64,000 nucleotides of DNA, from positions 3,715-67,714 of the forward strand of contig CAKPGT010000005.1 of NCBI GenBank assembly GCA_934155185.1. The letters run 5' to 3'. Every line of letters begins with the position of its first letter. Within the stretch, counting starts at the first letter, position 1. Position numbers and translations under genes: made by a program. Shown one piece after another: positions 18,852-26,929 of this stretch. This DNA is from an uncultured Bacilli bacterium (GTDB lineage: Bacteria > Bacillota_I > Bacilli_A > RF39 > UBA660). The notes beneath the pieces are model-generated. The model made no database searches, had not been told where the DNA came from, and saw only the letters and a list, made by a program, of their open reading frames with translations.

Positions 18852-18895
18852 AACTACCATGATAATAGTTATATTGTTATTTTGGTAGTTTATTT
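18852..18895 (+). terminator. Intrinsic terminator after the phosphohexomutase gene
   Basis: aaactacca...tggtagttt (9 bp) followed by attt. The loop is large. Confidence 0.5.
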
Positions 18896-18922
18896 AATTG
18901 CATGACTTTCCTATCATAAAAT

Positions 18923-19040
18923 AAAAAAAAACTCTATCAATAGATAGAAGTTTTCAAGCATTTACAACTGGGCTCACTTATTACTCGCTAGCCACCTGGA
19001 AGCGAGAAACATTTACATTTTGTTGCACTCATCTAAATGC
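18923..19040 (-). ncRNA. Orphan small RNA candidate (about 118 nt), family not recognised
   Basis: Minus-strand promoter: TTGACT (19075-19070), a 17-nt spacer, then TATATT (19052-19047). Internal hairpins are UUGUUGCA..UGCAACAA and CUCGCU-UCCAGGUGGCU-AGCGAG. The terminator is UCUAUC-UAUU-GAUAGA plus U9 (18950-18923). No downstream gene lies on this strand. Confidence 0.5.
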
Positions 19041-19239
19041 AACAATAATATACTATATTTTATGCAGAAAGTCAATTCTTTGACATAAAATCGGCAAATT
19101 TTAGATTTGCATTAATATTATATGAAAGTAATATTTTTTTAAACATGACAAATCAAATTTTAAAACTAATTTGCTTGATTCATATAAACATTTATATAAA
19201 ATAATTTCATACACTTAAAATAGATAGTGAGGAATTAAA

Positions 19240-20007
19240 ATGTTAAATAATGTTTCATATGCTTTTATATTATCTTTTTTAGCCGGAATATCTACTGTTT
19301 TTGGCGCATTAATAATTTTCTTTGATAAAAATAAAAATAGTAAGATAGTAACAGTGAGTTTATCATTTGCAGCAGGTGTTATGATATGTGTGTCATTAAC
19401 TGATTTACTACCTAACTCATATAAAATGATATTAGATATTAAAAATATATTTCCAAGAATAATTTTAACTTTAATATTTATGTGTTTAGGCGTTATTATA
19501 TCTATGTTAATTGATAAATATTTGCCGAGTGAATATGAAAGTAATAATAGTGATAGCAAATTATATAAAATAGGTATAATTAGTATGGTAGCAATTGTAC
19601 TTCATAATATTCCTGAAGGAATTGCAACATTTGTAACCTCATCTAGTAATATAAAACTGGGTATTACTTTATCACTTGCTATAGCACTTCATAATATACC
19701 TGAGGGTATATCAATTGCGGTTCCTATATATCATTCGACAGAAAATAAATTAAAAGCTATTTTATATGCTTTATTATCTGGTATGAGTGAAGTTGTAGGT
19801 AGCATACTTGCATATTTGTTTTTAGCACCCTTTATAAACAATAATATAATGGCAGCACTATATGCTATAATTGCAGGGATTATGATACATATATCCATCT
19901 ATGAACTTATTCCAGGTGCATATAAAGATGGTACTTTAAAAGAAATATTTAAGTACTTTATAATAGGATTTTTAGTGATGATACTAAGCCATTTACTTTA
20001 TGCATAA
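19240..20007 (+). CDS. zupT: ZIP-family zinc/metal transporter
   Basis: 255 aa and multi-TM, with a duplicated HNIPEGIA/HNIPEGIS motif. Confidence 0.88.
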   Translation: MLNNVSYAFILSFLAGISTVFGALIIFFDKNKNSKIVTVSLSFAAGVMICVSLTDLLPNSYKMILDIKNIFPRIILTLIFMCLGVIISMLIDKYLPSEYESNNSDSKLYKIGIISMVAIVLHNIPEGIATFVTSSSNIKLGITLSLAIALHNIPEGISIAVPIYHSTENKLKAILYALLSGMSEVVGSILAYLFLAPFINNNIMAALYAIIAGIMIHISIYELIPGAYKDGTLKEIFKYFIIGFLVMILSHLLYA

Positions 20008-20074
20008 TCTGTGATAGTATATGGGTATATTAAAATTAATTAAAAATATTTTCGTATAATATAATTTATTTAGA

Positions 20075-20497
20075 TTGGATGCATTTTTTATGGAAAAAAT
20101 ATTAACATTTGTTATAAGAAATAGTAAATTATTACTTTTATTAGGAAGTAATGAAGACCCACAATTTAAGAAGTCATTTTGGTATGTTATTACAGGTGGA
20201 GTAGAAAAAAAAGATAATAATCTATACGATGCAGTAAAACGTGAAGTTAAAGAAGAAACAAATCTAAGTTTGAATAAAATAATTGATTTGAATTTAATTT
20301 TTGAATATGAATCACTTGGTGAACATTGTACCGAACATGCCTTCATTTCGTATGCAAATGATAATAATGTAATATTAAATGAGGAAAGTTTGGAATATAA
20401 ATGGTGTTCTTTGAATGAATTTATTAATCTAATAAATTGGCATTATGATAAAAACGAATTGAAGAAATTGCTAAAGAAATATATAAATACTTTATAG
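20075..20497 (+). CDS. NUDIX hydrolase
   Basis: Nudix box GGVEKKDNNLYDAVKREVKEETNL. The start may be ATG 20090 (MEKIL...). Confidence 0.8.
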   Translation: MDAFFMEKILTFVIRNSKLLLLLGSNEDPQFKKSFWYVITGGVEKKDNNLYDAVKREVKEETNLSLNKIIDLNLIFEYESLGEHCTEHAFISYANDNNVILNEESLEYKWCSLNEFINLINWHYDKNELKKLLKKYINTL

Positions 20498-20590
20498 CTA
20501 TTTTTTTAGTAATAATATATATTAAGTCATCTACCAATATTGTAGTAGATGATATAATAGTGTATTAAAGAAGTTTAATAAGGAGTTAAT

Positions 20591-21340
20591 ATGTCGTTAT
20601 TTAATAAGTTATTTATTGAAGGTGTAAGATATGAAAAAGAAAGAGTTACAGATGATAATATCTATCCATTTAATATACCCGCTATTAAAAACTTAGATGA
20701 ATTAAAATTTGAAAAGCCAGTCACATTTTTAATAGGTGAAAATGGGGCAGGGAAGTCAACTATTATAGAAGCACTAGCAGTTTCACTTAGACTTAATCCT
20801 GAGGGTGGTAGTCAAAACATTATGTTTAAAACGGTAGATACACATTCTAATTTATCAGATTATTTAACATTATATATGACTGGTAACTTACCTAAAACAA
20901 AATATTTTTTACGTGCAGAAAGTTTTTATAATGTTGCAACTGAAATTCAAAAGTTGGCAGAAGAAGACGAAAATGAAGCTTTATATAATGCTTATGGTGG
21001 TAATTTACATGAATGTTCACATGGTGAGTCATATATAAGACTGGTTAAAAACAGATTTAATGCTAAAGGTTTATATGTATTAGATGAACCTGAGGCTGCA
21101 CTTTCTCCAGTTAGACAGATGACTCTTTTATGCCTTATAAATGATTTAGTAAAAGAGGGGAGTCAGTTTATTATCTCAACACACTCTCCTATATTATTAT
21201 CATATAAAAATGCCGATATATTTGATCTTGATAATGATTTTGAAAAAGTAGAATATGAAGATACCGAAATTGTTAGAACATATAAAATGTTTTTAGATGA
21301 TCCAGATAGAATGCAAAATAAGCTTTTTAATTCAGAATAA
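20591..21340 (+). CDS. Stand-alone ABC/SMC-like AAA ATPase (COG3910-like)
   Basis: Walker A GENGAGKST, Walker B LYVLDEPEAALSP, and an H-loop region STHSPILL. 249 aa. SD: AAGGAG. Confidence 0.75.
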   Translation: MSLFNKLFIEGVRYEKERVTDDNIYPFNIPAIKNLDELKFEKPVTFLIGENGAGKSTIIEALAVSLRLNPEGGSQNIMFKTVDTHSNLSDYLTLYMTGNLPKTKYFLRAESFYNVATEIQKLAEEDENEALYNAYGGNLHECSHGESYIRLVKNRFNAKGLYVLDEPEAALSPVRQMTLLCLINDLVKEGSQFIISTHSPILLSYKNADIFDLDNDFEKVEYEDTEIVRTYKMFLDDPDRMQNKLFNSE

Positions 21341-21435
21341 TAAAATTTTGATTATTAAACTAGCAAATCACATGCAAATAATATATTTAAATATGTGTTA
21401 TAAAATGTTATAATAATTGTAGTCAAGGAGGAATT

Positions 21436-21576
21436 ATGAAAAAATTAAAGGACAAATTAAAAGAATTAAATACCTTATATAAATTTGATATAGTTGATTT
21501 TAGAAGTGTTAAGGATAGTAAATTTAAGAATGAAATATTAAAAGATGGTATAGTTATATATAATAAAAATAATTAA
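21436..21576 (+). CDS. 46-codon ORF resembling only the C-terminal end of a minimal (MNT-type) nucleotidyltransferase; possible gene remnant
   Basis: SD AAGGAGG lies 5 nt upstream. The product is MKKLKDKLKELNTLYKFDIVDFRSVKDSKFKNEILKDGIVIYNKNN. A hairpin plus T-run follows at 21581-21619. Confidence 0.35.
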   Translation: MKKLKDKLKELNTLYKFDIVDFRSVKDSKFKNEILKDGIVIYNKNN

Positions 21577-21580
21577 TTAG

Positions 21581-21619
21581 TCCCCTATTGTTTATTTAAA
21601 AATAAAATAGGGGAGTTTT
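21581..21619 (+). terminator. Intrinsic terminator
   Basis: tcccctat...atagggga followed by gtttt. Confidence 0.65.
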
Positions 21620-21907
21620 AATAGTAATGATAGAGGGATATTTTCCTCTTTTTTAATATATAAGTGAATACTAATGATGATTCTAAGCTCATTTTTAATT
21701 GTTAGATGTATAATTATGCATCTGGATTTGTTTAGTAAGTCATCTATAATATATATTTGTAGTAAGTTAGTTAGATAATAACTAATATAATTATAATATA
21801 TTAAAAAACTAAGTTATAGTAGGACTAATAGTTATAAGATAAATTATCTAGATAACATCAAACTAATAGCAGCTTTAATATCACAGTAGATTTACTATGT
21901 ACAATAA

Positions 21908-21945
21908 AAAAAGATAGTGTAGTGTTAAAACTAACTATCTTAAGT
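21908..21945 (-). terminator. Intrinsic terminator after the DUF2726 gene
   Basis: Minus-strand aagatagttagt-tttaac-actacactatctt (13 bp with 1 mismatch), followed by tttttatt. Confidence 0.7.
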
Positions 21946-21997
21946 TTCAAAAAATAAATGTTAACATAATATGTATTATACGAAGTAGAAGATAGAG

Positions 21998-22489
21998 TTA
22001 CAAAGTGCTATTTTTAATACTAACAAGCTCTTTTTTAATTCTATTAACTACATAATCTTCTTGATTTGTATAGCTAGTATAAAATGTTATTAACTTTATA
22101 TTAGCACTATTGCATATATTTTTAACTTTTATATCTCTCTTTTTTCTGCTTGATTCTTTGTGAGAACTATCATTTAATTCTATTAATAATAGTAAGCTTT
22201 TAAAGTCATGACTGAATATTGCAAAGTCAATATTTCTAAACAATTCATTATGATAACCTTTGTCACCTCTATCTATTATTGTTGCTAAATTAACCTGAGG
22301 TATTATCTTATATTCATCACGTTCTAATAACTTTATTTTATTGTAGAAATTTAATTCAGATTCAGTCATAAATGCTTTTTGATGATAAATATACTCTCTA
22401 TTATTTTTATTAAATAGTAAGCTTTGCAAGTAATTATATATAAAAATTATTAGTAATAATGTTATAACACCAACAATTATTTTAATCAT
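21998..22489 (-). CDS. DUF2726-like protein (restriction-endonuclease-like fold) with an N-terminal TM helix
   Basis: Family-typical pattern: SELNFYNKI...IIPQVNLATII...DFAIF...LLIELNDSSH...RKKRDIKVKNICNSANIKLI. Confidence 0.6.
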   Translation of the reverse strand: MIKIIVGVITLLLIIFIYNYLQSLLFNKNNREYIYHQKAFMTESELNFYNKIKLLERDEYKIIPQVNLATIIDRGDKGYHNELFRNIDFAIFSHDFKSLLLLIELNDSSHKESSRKKRDIKVKNICNSANIKLITFYTSYTNQEDYVVNRIKKELVSIKNSTL

Positions 22490-22510
22490 AAATCTACCTT
22501 AATTATATAA

Positions 22511-23278
22511 TTACACATTTCGTGATTGAATTTCAGCTATCTTCGCTAAGACTTCTGAAGCATTATCAGTATCTATTTCATTGTAGCCAAGTTCATGCAA
22601 AGCTTGTATTTTAACAGAATTTATCTCTTCTGTTCTACTTAATTTTTCTTCATTCTTTAATTCAATTTCTTGAACAAACTTTTTATGTTTTTCTGCTAAT
22701 CTAGATTTTGAAGCACCACCATCACGATATAGAATCATGGCACTATGCATAATTGCTTCCATTATAAATTGTTGTTCCTCATCAAATACGTATTCATCAG
22801 GGTCAACGAAACCTAATAATTTATTAAAATATCCCATTACGTATTTTAATTCCTTAACATTTTCCAAACCTTGTATAAAGTTTAATAAATATTTATAAGT
22901 TATGAATGATTCATTAGAACCTTCTAAAAAACGTTCTTTTATTAAGAATATAATATCATTTAATAATTCCTGTTCCCTAGGTTTTAAGTCCCTAAATTCT
23001 ATTAATTCAGAATGTGAAACAGCAACATTATTACCCTCATTATTTAACACTGAATCAACCTTATTTATAAATTCAGTATTAACTATTATATTATTAATTT
23101 CAGATGCTTCCTTTATATCCAACAAATTAAATAACTTCATTTTTTTATCTTTAGGCCATCTGGAAATATCATTCATTTCTAGATAATTATATATCATTTG
23201 CCTAGATACTCCTAAATATTTAGCTAATTTAACTTTGGAAATTCCAACCTCTTGTAATATTTCATTTAACTTGTCCAT
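22511..23278 (-). CDS. HTH (XRE-like) domain protein with an uncharacterised C-terminal domain of about 190 aa
   Basis: The N-terminal ISKVKLAKYLGVSRQMIYNYLE is a helix-turn-helix. It lies 21 nt upstream of the DUF2726 gene on the same strand. Confidence 0.6.
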   Translation of the reverse strand: MDKLNEILQEVGISKVKLAKYLGVSRQMIYNYLEMNDISRWPKDKKMKLFNLLDIKEASEINNIIVNTEFINKVDSVLNNEGNNVAVSHSELIEFRDLKPREQELLNDIIFLIKERFLEGSNESFITYKYLLNFIQGLENVKELKYVMGYFNKLLGFVDPDEYVFDEEQQFIMEAIMHSAMILYRDGGASKSRLAEKHKKFVQEIELKNEEKLSRTEEINSVKIQALHELGYNEIDTDNASEVLAKIAEIQSRNV

Positions 23279-23380
23279 ACATGTTATCTCCCCTACTATA
23301 TATTACACTTATAATTTTACACTTTTTTACAAATTTGTCAATATATTACAAAACTTCCCATAACTTTGTATGATAAGTGA

Positions 23381-24013
23381 TTATATAATAAATGTAAATA
23401 GTTTAAGAAGAAGTGGCGTTAAATATGAATCTAATACGCATGTTAATGATATTAGAAACACACTGATTAAAAATAATAATATATATCTACCAAAAAAGTT
23501 TTTAAAATCTAGGCTACTTTTTCTAAATAAAGCCTTTAAAAATTTGATAGCAGCACTAACTGCGAAAAAGCTAAAGAATATATAGATTACTATGTTTATA
23601 ATCATTACAGGAAAAACATATAAAAAGCAACCTAAAATTCCCTTTATTTTATATTTTAATATAATACTTGAAAGTGTTGTTCCAAGCGTAAAACCTTTAA
23701 AAAATAAAATGATTATCACTGCTGGAATTCCTATCATTGAAATTCCAAGTGAAAAAATCATAAATAATTGAATGATATTATTTAATATTTCACTTCCAAG
23801 ATATTTTATACCGAAAACGGAGTCAGACAATTTCTTAATATTATCAATATAGGTCTGTACCTGATTAATTAATAAAATCTTATCATCCTTTGTTATCAGG
23901 TTTATGAATAGCGAACCTAATACTACACCTGATATAAATATTATTACTGTAAATACTAATAAAGCTTTTTCTTTTTTTCTTGTTTCATTTAAATATTCTA
24001 ATATTTTTTTCAT
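23381..24013 (-). CDS. spoIIM: Stage II sporulation protein M
   Basis: 210 aa with about 5 TM helices. The FFKGFTLGTT region and overall layout match the SpoIIM family. Confidence 0.72.
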   Translation of the reverse strand: MKKILEYLNETRKKEKALLVFTVIIFISGVVLGSLFINLITKDDKILLINQVQTYIDNIKKLSDSVFGIKYLGSEILNNIIQLFMIFSLGISMIGIPAVIIILFFKGFTLGTTLSSIILKYKIKGILGCFLYVFPVMIINIVIYIFFSFFAVSAAIKFLKALFRKSSLDFKNFFGRYILLFLISVFLISLTCVLDSYLTPLLLKLFTFII

Positions 24014-24107
24014 TTTGTTCTCCCTAGTAAACTATATTAAGGATTTTATAAAATATTACTTTCAATTAATTTAATAATGTATTATAATTTTAATAGGAGT
24101 GTTGATT

Positions 24108-24248
24108 ATGAATAAGAAAAAAGAAAATAAGAAAAAGAAATTTAAAATAAACTGGACTAAAGTTGCAATTTGGATTGCACTAATAGCAATGACAGCTTCA
24201 GCATTTGCAGCAATTTTATCTCCACTTTTTTCTAAACAAGGATACTAA
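24108..24248 (+). CDS. 46-aa small membrane protein (DUF4044-like layout)
   Basis: SD TAGGAG is upstream. The product is MNKKKENKKKKFKINWTKVAIWIALIAMTASAFAAILSPLFSKQGY, with a basic N-terminus and one TM helix. Confidence 0.45.
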   Translation: MNKKKENKKKKFKINWTKVAIWIALIAMTASAFAAILSPLFSKQGY

Positions 24249-24284
24249 AGGTATTCTTTTTTATTTTGCATAATATAATTTATT

Positions 24285-24674
24285 ATGACAAATAACGATA
24301 AAAAAATAAAACTACTTAACTTACAACTTCTAGCTACTATAGGTTTTATTGTAGCACTATTTATATCATTTACTTTAACTTATGATAAAAAAATGAATTT
24401 AACTAATAATAAAAGAATTTATGATGATAAAACAGCACAAAATTTAGCACTTATGCAAACTATTTTAGTATTTTTAGTTGCTTCCTTATTTTTATATATA
24501 ACTTATAATCAATATAAAATTTCTAAAACACAGCATGAAGATGATGAAAAAGATCTGCTCCTTCAAAGTGAAACCGCGCTATTATCTGTAATTGCAGCTT
24601 GTGTTGGATTGTATATAGTATTTAAAAATTATAGAAAAAATTCGCTTAGCATTGCGGAAATTGAAAATATATAA
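24285..24674 (+). CDS. Hypothetical membrane protein (3 predicted TM helices)
   Basis: 129 aa with three hydrophobic helices. I recognise no family. Confidence 0.5.
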   Translation: MTNNDKKIKLLNLQLLATIGFIVALFISFTLTYDKKMNLTNNKRIYDDKTAQNLALMQTILVFLVASLFLYITYNQYKISKTQHEDDEKDLLLQSETALLSVIAACVGLYIVFKNYRKNSLSIAEIENI

Positions 24675-24699
24675 GGAAAAAGAAGCATTTTACTTGCTT

Positions 24700-25689
24700 C
24701 TAATTCTCAGCTTCATTAAGCATTGTTGTAATAAATATTCCGTATCCTTTTCTTGGATTATTGACCACTACGTTTGTTACTGCTCCAACTATTTTATTAT
24801 CCTGAATAATTGGAGAACCACTCATTCCTTGTACAATTCCACCAGTTTTATTCATAAGTTCTTCATCTGCTATTTCAAATAGTATGTTTTTGTTGTCATT
24901 TTTATTGTTACTAACTTTAATTATGTTTATGTTATATTCTCTTTTTTGGTTATCATTTATAACTGTTATTATTTTTGCATTACCCAAATTAATGTCTTTA
25001 TAATCAGCAACTTTATATAATTTGCTATCATCTATTTTACTTATATAATTTCCAAATACTCCGTTTTGAGTATTTTCTTTTATATCTCCAAATACTATAT
25101 TTGAGTTAATGTTAGCGTTTTTAGCCCCTGGTTCTCCCCTTATACTTTTATCTATGGAAGTTACTTTAGAATCATATATTTTACCGTCTTTTACATTAAT
25201 CTTCATTCCTGATGATGATTCAATTATTTCATGTCCTAAAGCTCCATACAACTTAGTTTTAGGGTCAATATATGTTAATGTACCAATTCCAGAAACCATA
25301 TCTTTAACATATAAACCAGTTTTTAAAATACCATTATCATTAATTAAATTTAATGTAGTTACATTATCTTTATTATTTCTTATATAGGATATTTTAATAT
25401 TCCTTTGATTACTATCTTTTACAGCATTTACAAAATCATCTATTGATTCAATCGTTTTGTCATCTGCTTTAATTATCGTATCGCCCTTTTCTAATAATGC
25501 ATCTTTTGCAGGATAAATATTACTTACTTTATAAAAACCAGCTACTATAAGACCTTTATTTTTAACTTGGAGTCCTATGTTCTCTCCACCTGCTATAATA
25601 TAATCGGAATAAGCAAGAATACTTTGTGGCATAATAAATGTAGCAACTAATATAATTGCTAAAAAACTTTTAAATTTTTTTAAAATCAT
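24700..25689 (-). CDS. spoIVB: SpoIVB peptidase (S55 sporulation signalling protease)
   Basis: Signal/TM segment, a PDZ region, and the catalytic region GALGHEI...GMSGSPIIQDNKIVGAVTNVVVNNPRKGYGIFI. Confidence 0.9.
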   Translation of the reverse strand: MILKKFKSFLAIILVATFIMPQSILAYSDYIIAGGENIGLQVKNKGLIVAGFYKVSNIYPAKDALLEKGDTIIKADDKTIESIDDFVNAVKDSNQRNIKISYIRNNKDNVTTLNLINDNGILKTGLYVKDMVSGIGTLTYIDPKTKLYGALGHEIIESSSGMKINVKDGKIYDSKVTSIDKSIRGEPGAKNANINSNIVFGDIKENTQNGVFGNYISKIDDSKLYKVADYKDINLGNAKIITVINDNQKREYNINIIKVSNNKNDNKNILFEIADEELMNKTGGIVQGMSGSPIIQDNKIVGAVTNVVVNNPRKGYGIFITTMLNEAEN

Positions 25690-25787
25690 TTTTATGCTCC
25701 TTTTGTAATTCGAATTACATTATTATTATGCTTTTAATATTAAATATAATAAGTGAAAAAAAATGGTAATTTTTTAAAAAATTACCA

Positions 25788-26690
25788 TTAATTCCACAAT
25801 TTTTCAGGGTATTTTCCATCTTTTATCATGAAGTTTATTGCATTAACTAAATCTTCTTTATCTTCTTTATAAGTTACGCCATACCATTTTTCTTTAGTGT
25901 CTAGTACTTTTACCTTTATTTTACCTTCATTAATTCTTTTAAATACACTATCAGGTATTAAAAATTCACATTTTTCTAAATTATCTTTATTATTTTTAAA
26001 GAATTCTTCCATTTCATCCTCTAAGTAAGTGAATATTGAAGGCATAAATCCAAAAAAGTTCATTGATACTAGTGTATCTTCATCTATTTCAAATGGTTTA
26101 ATATTACTATCTAACGGTGTTGCAATAATCTTTCCATCAACTTTTTCAATTGATGACTCCGTTAAACTAGTTAAGTTGGAGCAACGATTTTTATTACATA
26201 CGCCTCTTTTAACCGAACCATTTTCGCTCATTGTATTTTTTGTTTTATATCCTATCATTGCGTAGCTGTTATCATTTTTATTATTTTTAAAAAATTCTTT
26301 CATTTTTTTATAAGGATCACGTCCATAAAAATCATCTGCATTTATTACGGCAAAAGGCTCTTTTACTTTATCCTTACAAGCCAAGATAGCATGAGATGTT
26401 CCCCAAGGTTTTACTCTATCTTTTGGAATATCAACGAATTTTGGAACGTCAGTTATTTTTTGAAAAACATATTCAACATCAATTTTATCTTCTATTCTTT
26501 TTCCTACTGTTTCTCTAAATAAATCATAGTTTTCTTCTTTTATAATAAATACCACCTTATTAAATCCAGCTCTAATTGCATCATAAATTGAATAGTCTAA
26601 AATAAATTCTCCATTTGGACCAACTGGTTCTACTTGTTTTAAGCCGCCAAATCTAGAACCCATACCGGCAGCCATAATTACTAATGTCAT
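25788..26690 (-). CDS. Sugar-phosphate nucleotidyltransferase family protein
   Basis: The N-terminal MTLVIMAAGMGSRFGGLKQ is the NTP-transferase G-loop. The start is chosen at ATG 26690 because GGAGG lies 8 nt upstream. The track start at 26705 lacks an SD. Confidence 0.75.
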   Translation of the reverse strand: MTLVIMAAGMGSRFGGLKQVEPVGPNGEFILDYSIYDAIRAGFNKVVFIIKEENYDLFRETVGKRIEDKIDVEYVFQKITDVPKFVDIPKDRVKPWGTSHAILACKDKVKEPFAVINADDFYGRDPYKKMKEFFKNNKNDNSYAMIGYKTKNTMSENGSVKRGVCNKNRCSNLTSLTESSIEKVDGKIIATPLDSNIKPFEIDEDTLVSMNFFGFMPSIFTYLEDEMEEFFKNNKDNLEKCEFLIPDSVFKRINEGKIKVKVLDTKEKWYGVTYKEDKEDLVNAINFMIKDGKYPEKLWN

Positions 26691-26710
26691 ATTATTATCC
26701 TCCATTTTTG

Positions 26711-26929
26711 TTATTCTTCGACTTTAAAGTCTTCTTCTCCATTTTCAGTTAATATTTTATTTACGTTTTCTTCTGCATTTTTAAGCTTTAAAGAACACTC
26801 TTTAGCAAGCTTCATAGCACTAGTATATTTTTCTATTGCATCATCTAAATCTACGTTACCATTTTCTAGCTCACTTACCATTTTTTCAAGCTTACTTAAT
26901 TTTTCTTCAAATTTCTCTTCTTTACTCAT
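26711..26929 (-). CDS. xseB: Exodeoxyribonuclease VII small subunit
   Basis: 72 aa. FEEKLSKLEKMVSELENGNVDLDDAIEKYTSAMKL is typical. It overlaps the xseA stop. Confidence 0.9.
   Translation of the reverse strand: MSKEEKFEEKLSKLEKMVSELENGNVDLDDAIEKYTSAMKLAKECSLKLKNAEENVNKILTENGEEDFKVEE

Noticed and set aside
18923-19040. The idea that the orphan sRNA is the SRP (4.5S/scRNA) RNA, or that it encodes the 14-aa peptide MSATKCKCFSLPGG.
   Set aside because: The conserved SRP domain IV motifs (GGAA tetraloop flanked by AGG/AGCA loops) are not present. The tiny ORF has no SD and begins almost at the predicted 5' end. The region is kept only as an unclassified sRNA candidate.
19215-20346. Minus-strand ORFs 19215-19559 and 19993-20346, overlapping zupT and the NUDIX gene.
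   Set aside because: They are antisense shadows of well-supported genes. They lack an SD and their composition is Ile/Leu/Lys/Phe-biased, as expected from AT-rich antisense frames.
20591-21340. The stand-alone ABC-like ATPase as a Gabija/Septu/PARIS-type defence ATPase.
   Set aside because: It is only 249 aa, has no fused or adjacent nuclease (TOPRIM/HNH/DUF4435-type) partner, and resembles the widespread COG3910-type orphan ATPases.
21620-21905. The AT-rich convergent spacer as a CRISPR leader/array, att site or IS remnant.
   Set aside because: It has no repeats of 24 nt or longer, no inverted terminal repeats and no transposase fragment. Only short AT-rich words recur, which is expected by chance at this composition. 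It is kept only as part of the accessory-patch finding.
24652-24882. A 76-aa plus-strand ORF running into the 3' end of spoIVB.
   Set aside because: It overlaps the conserved catalytic C-terminus of SpoIVB on the opposite strand, and also overlaps the end of the preceding membrane-protein gene. It has no SD.
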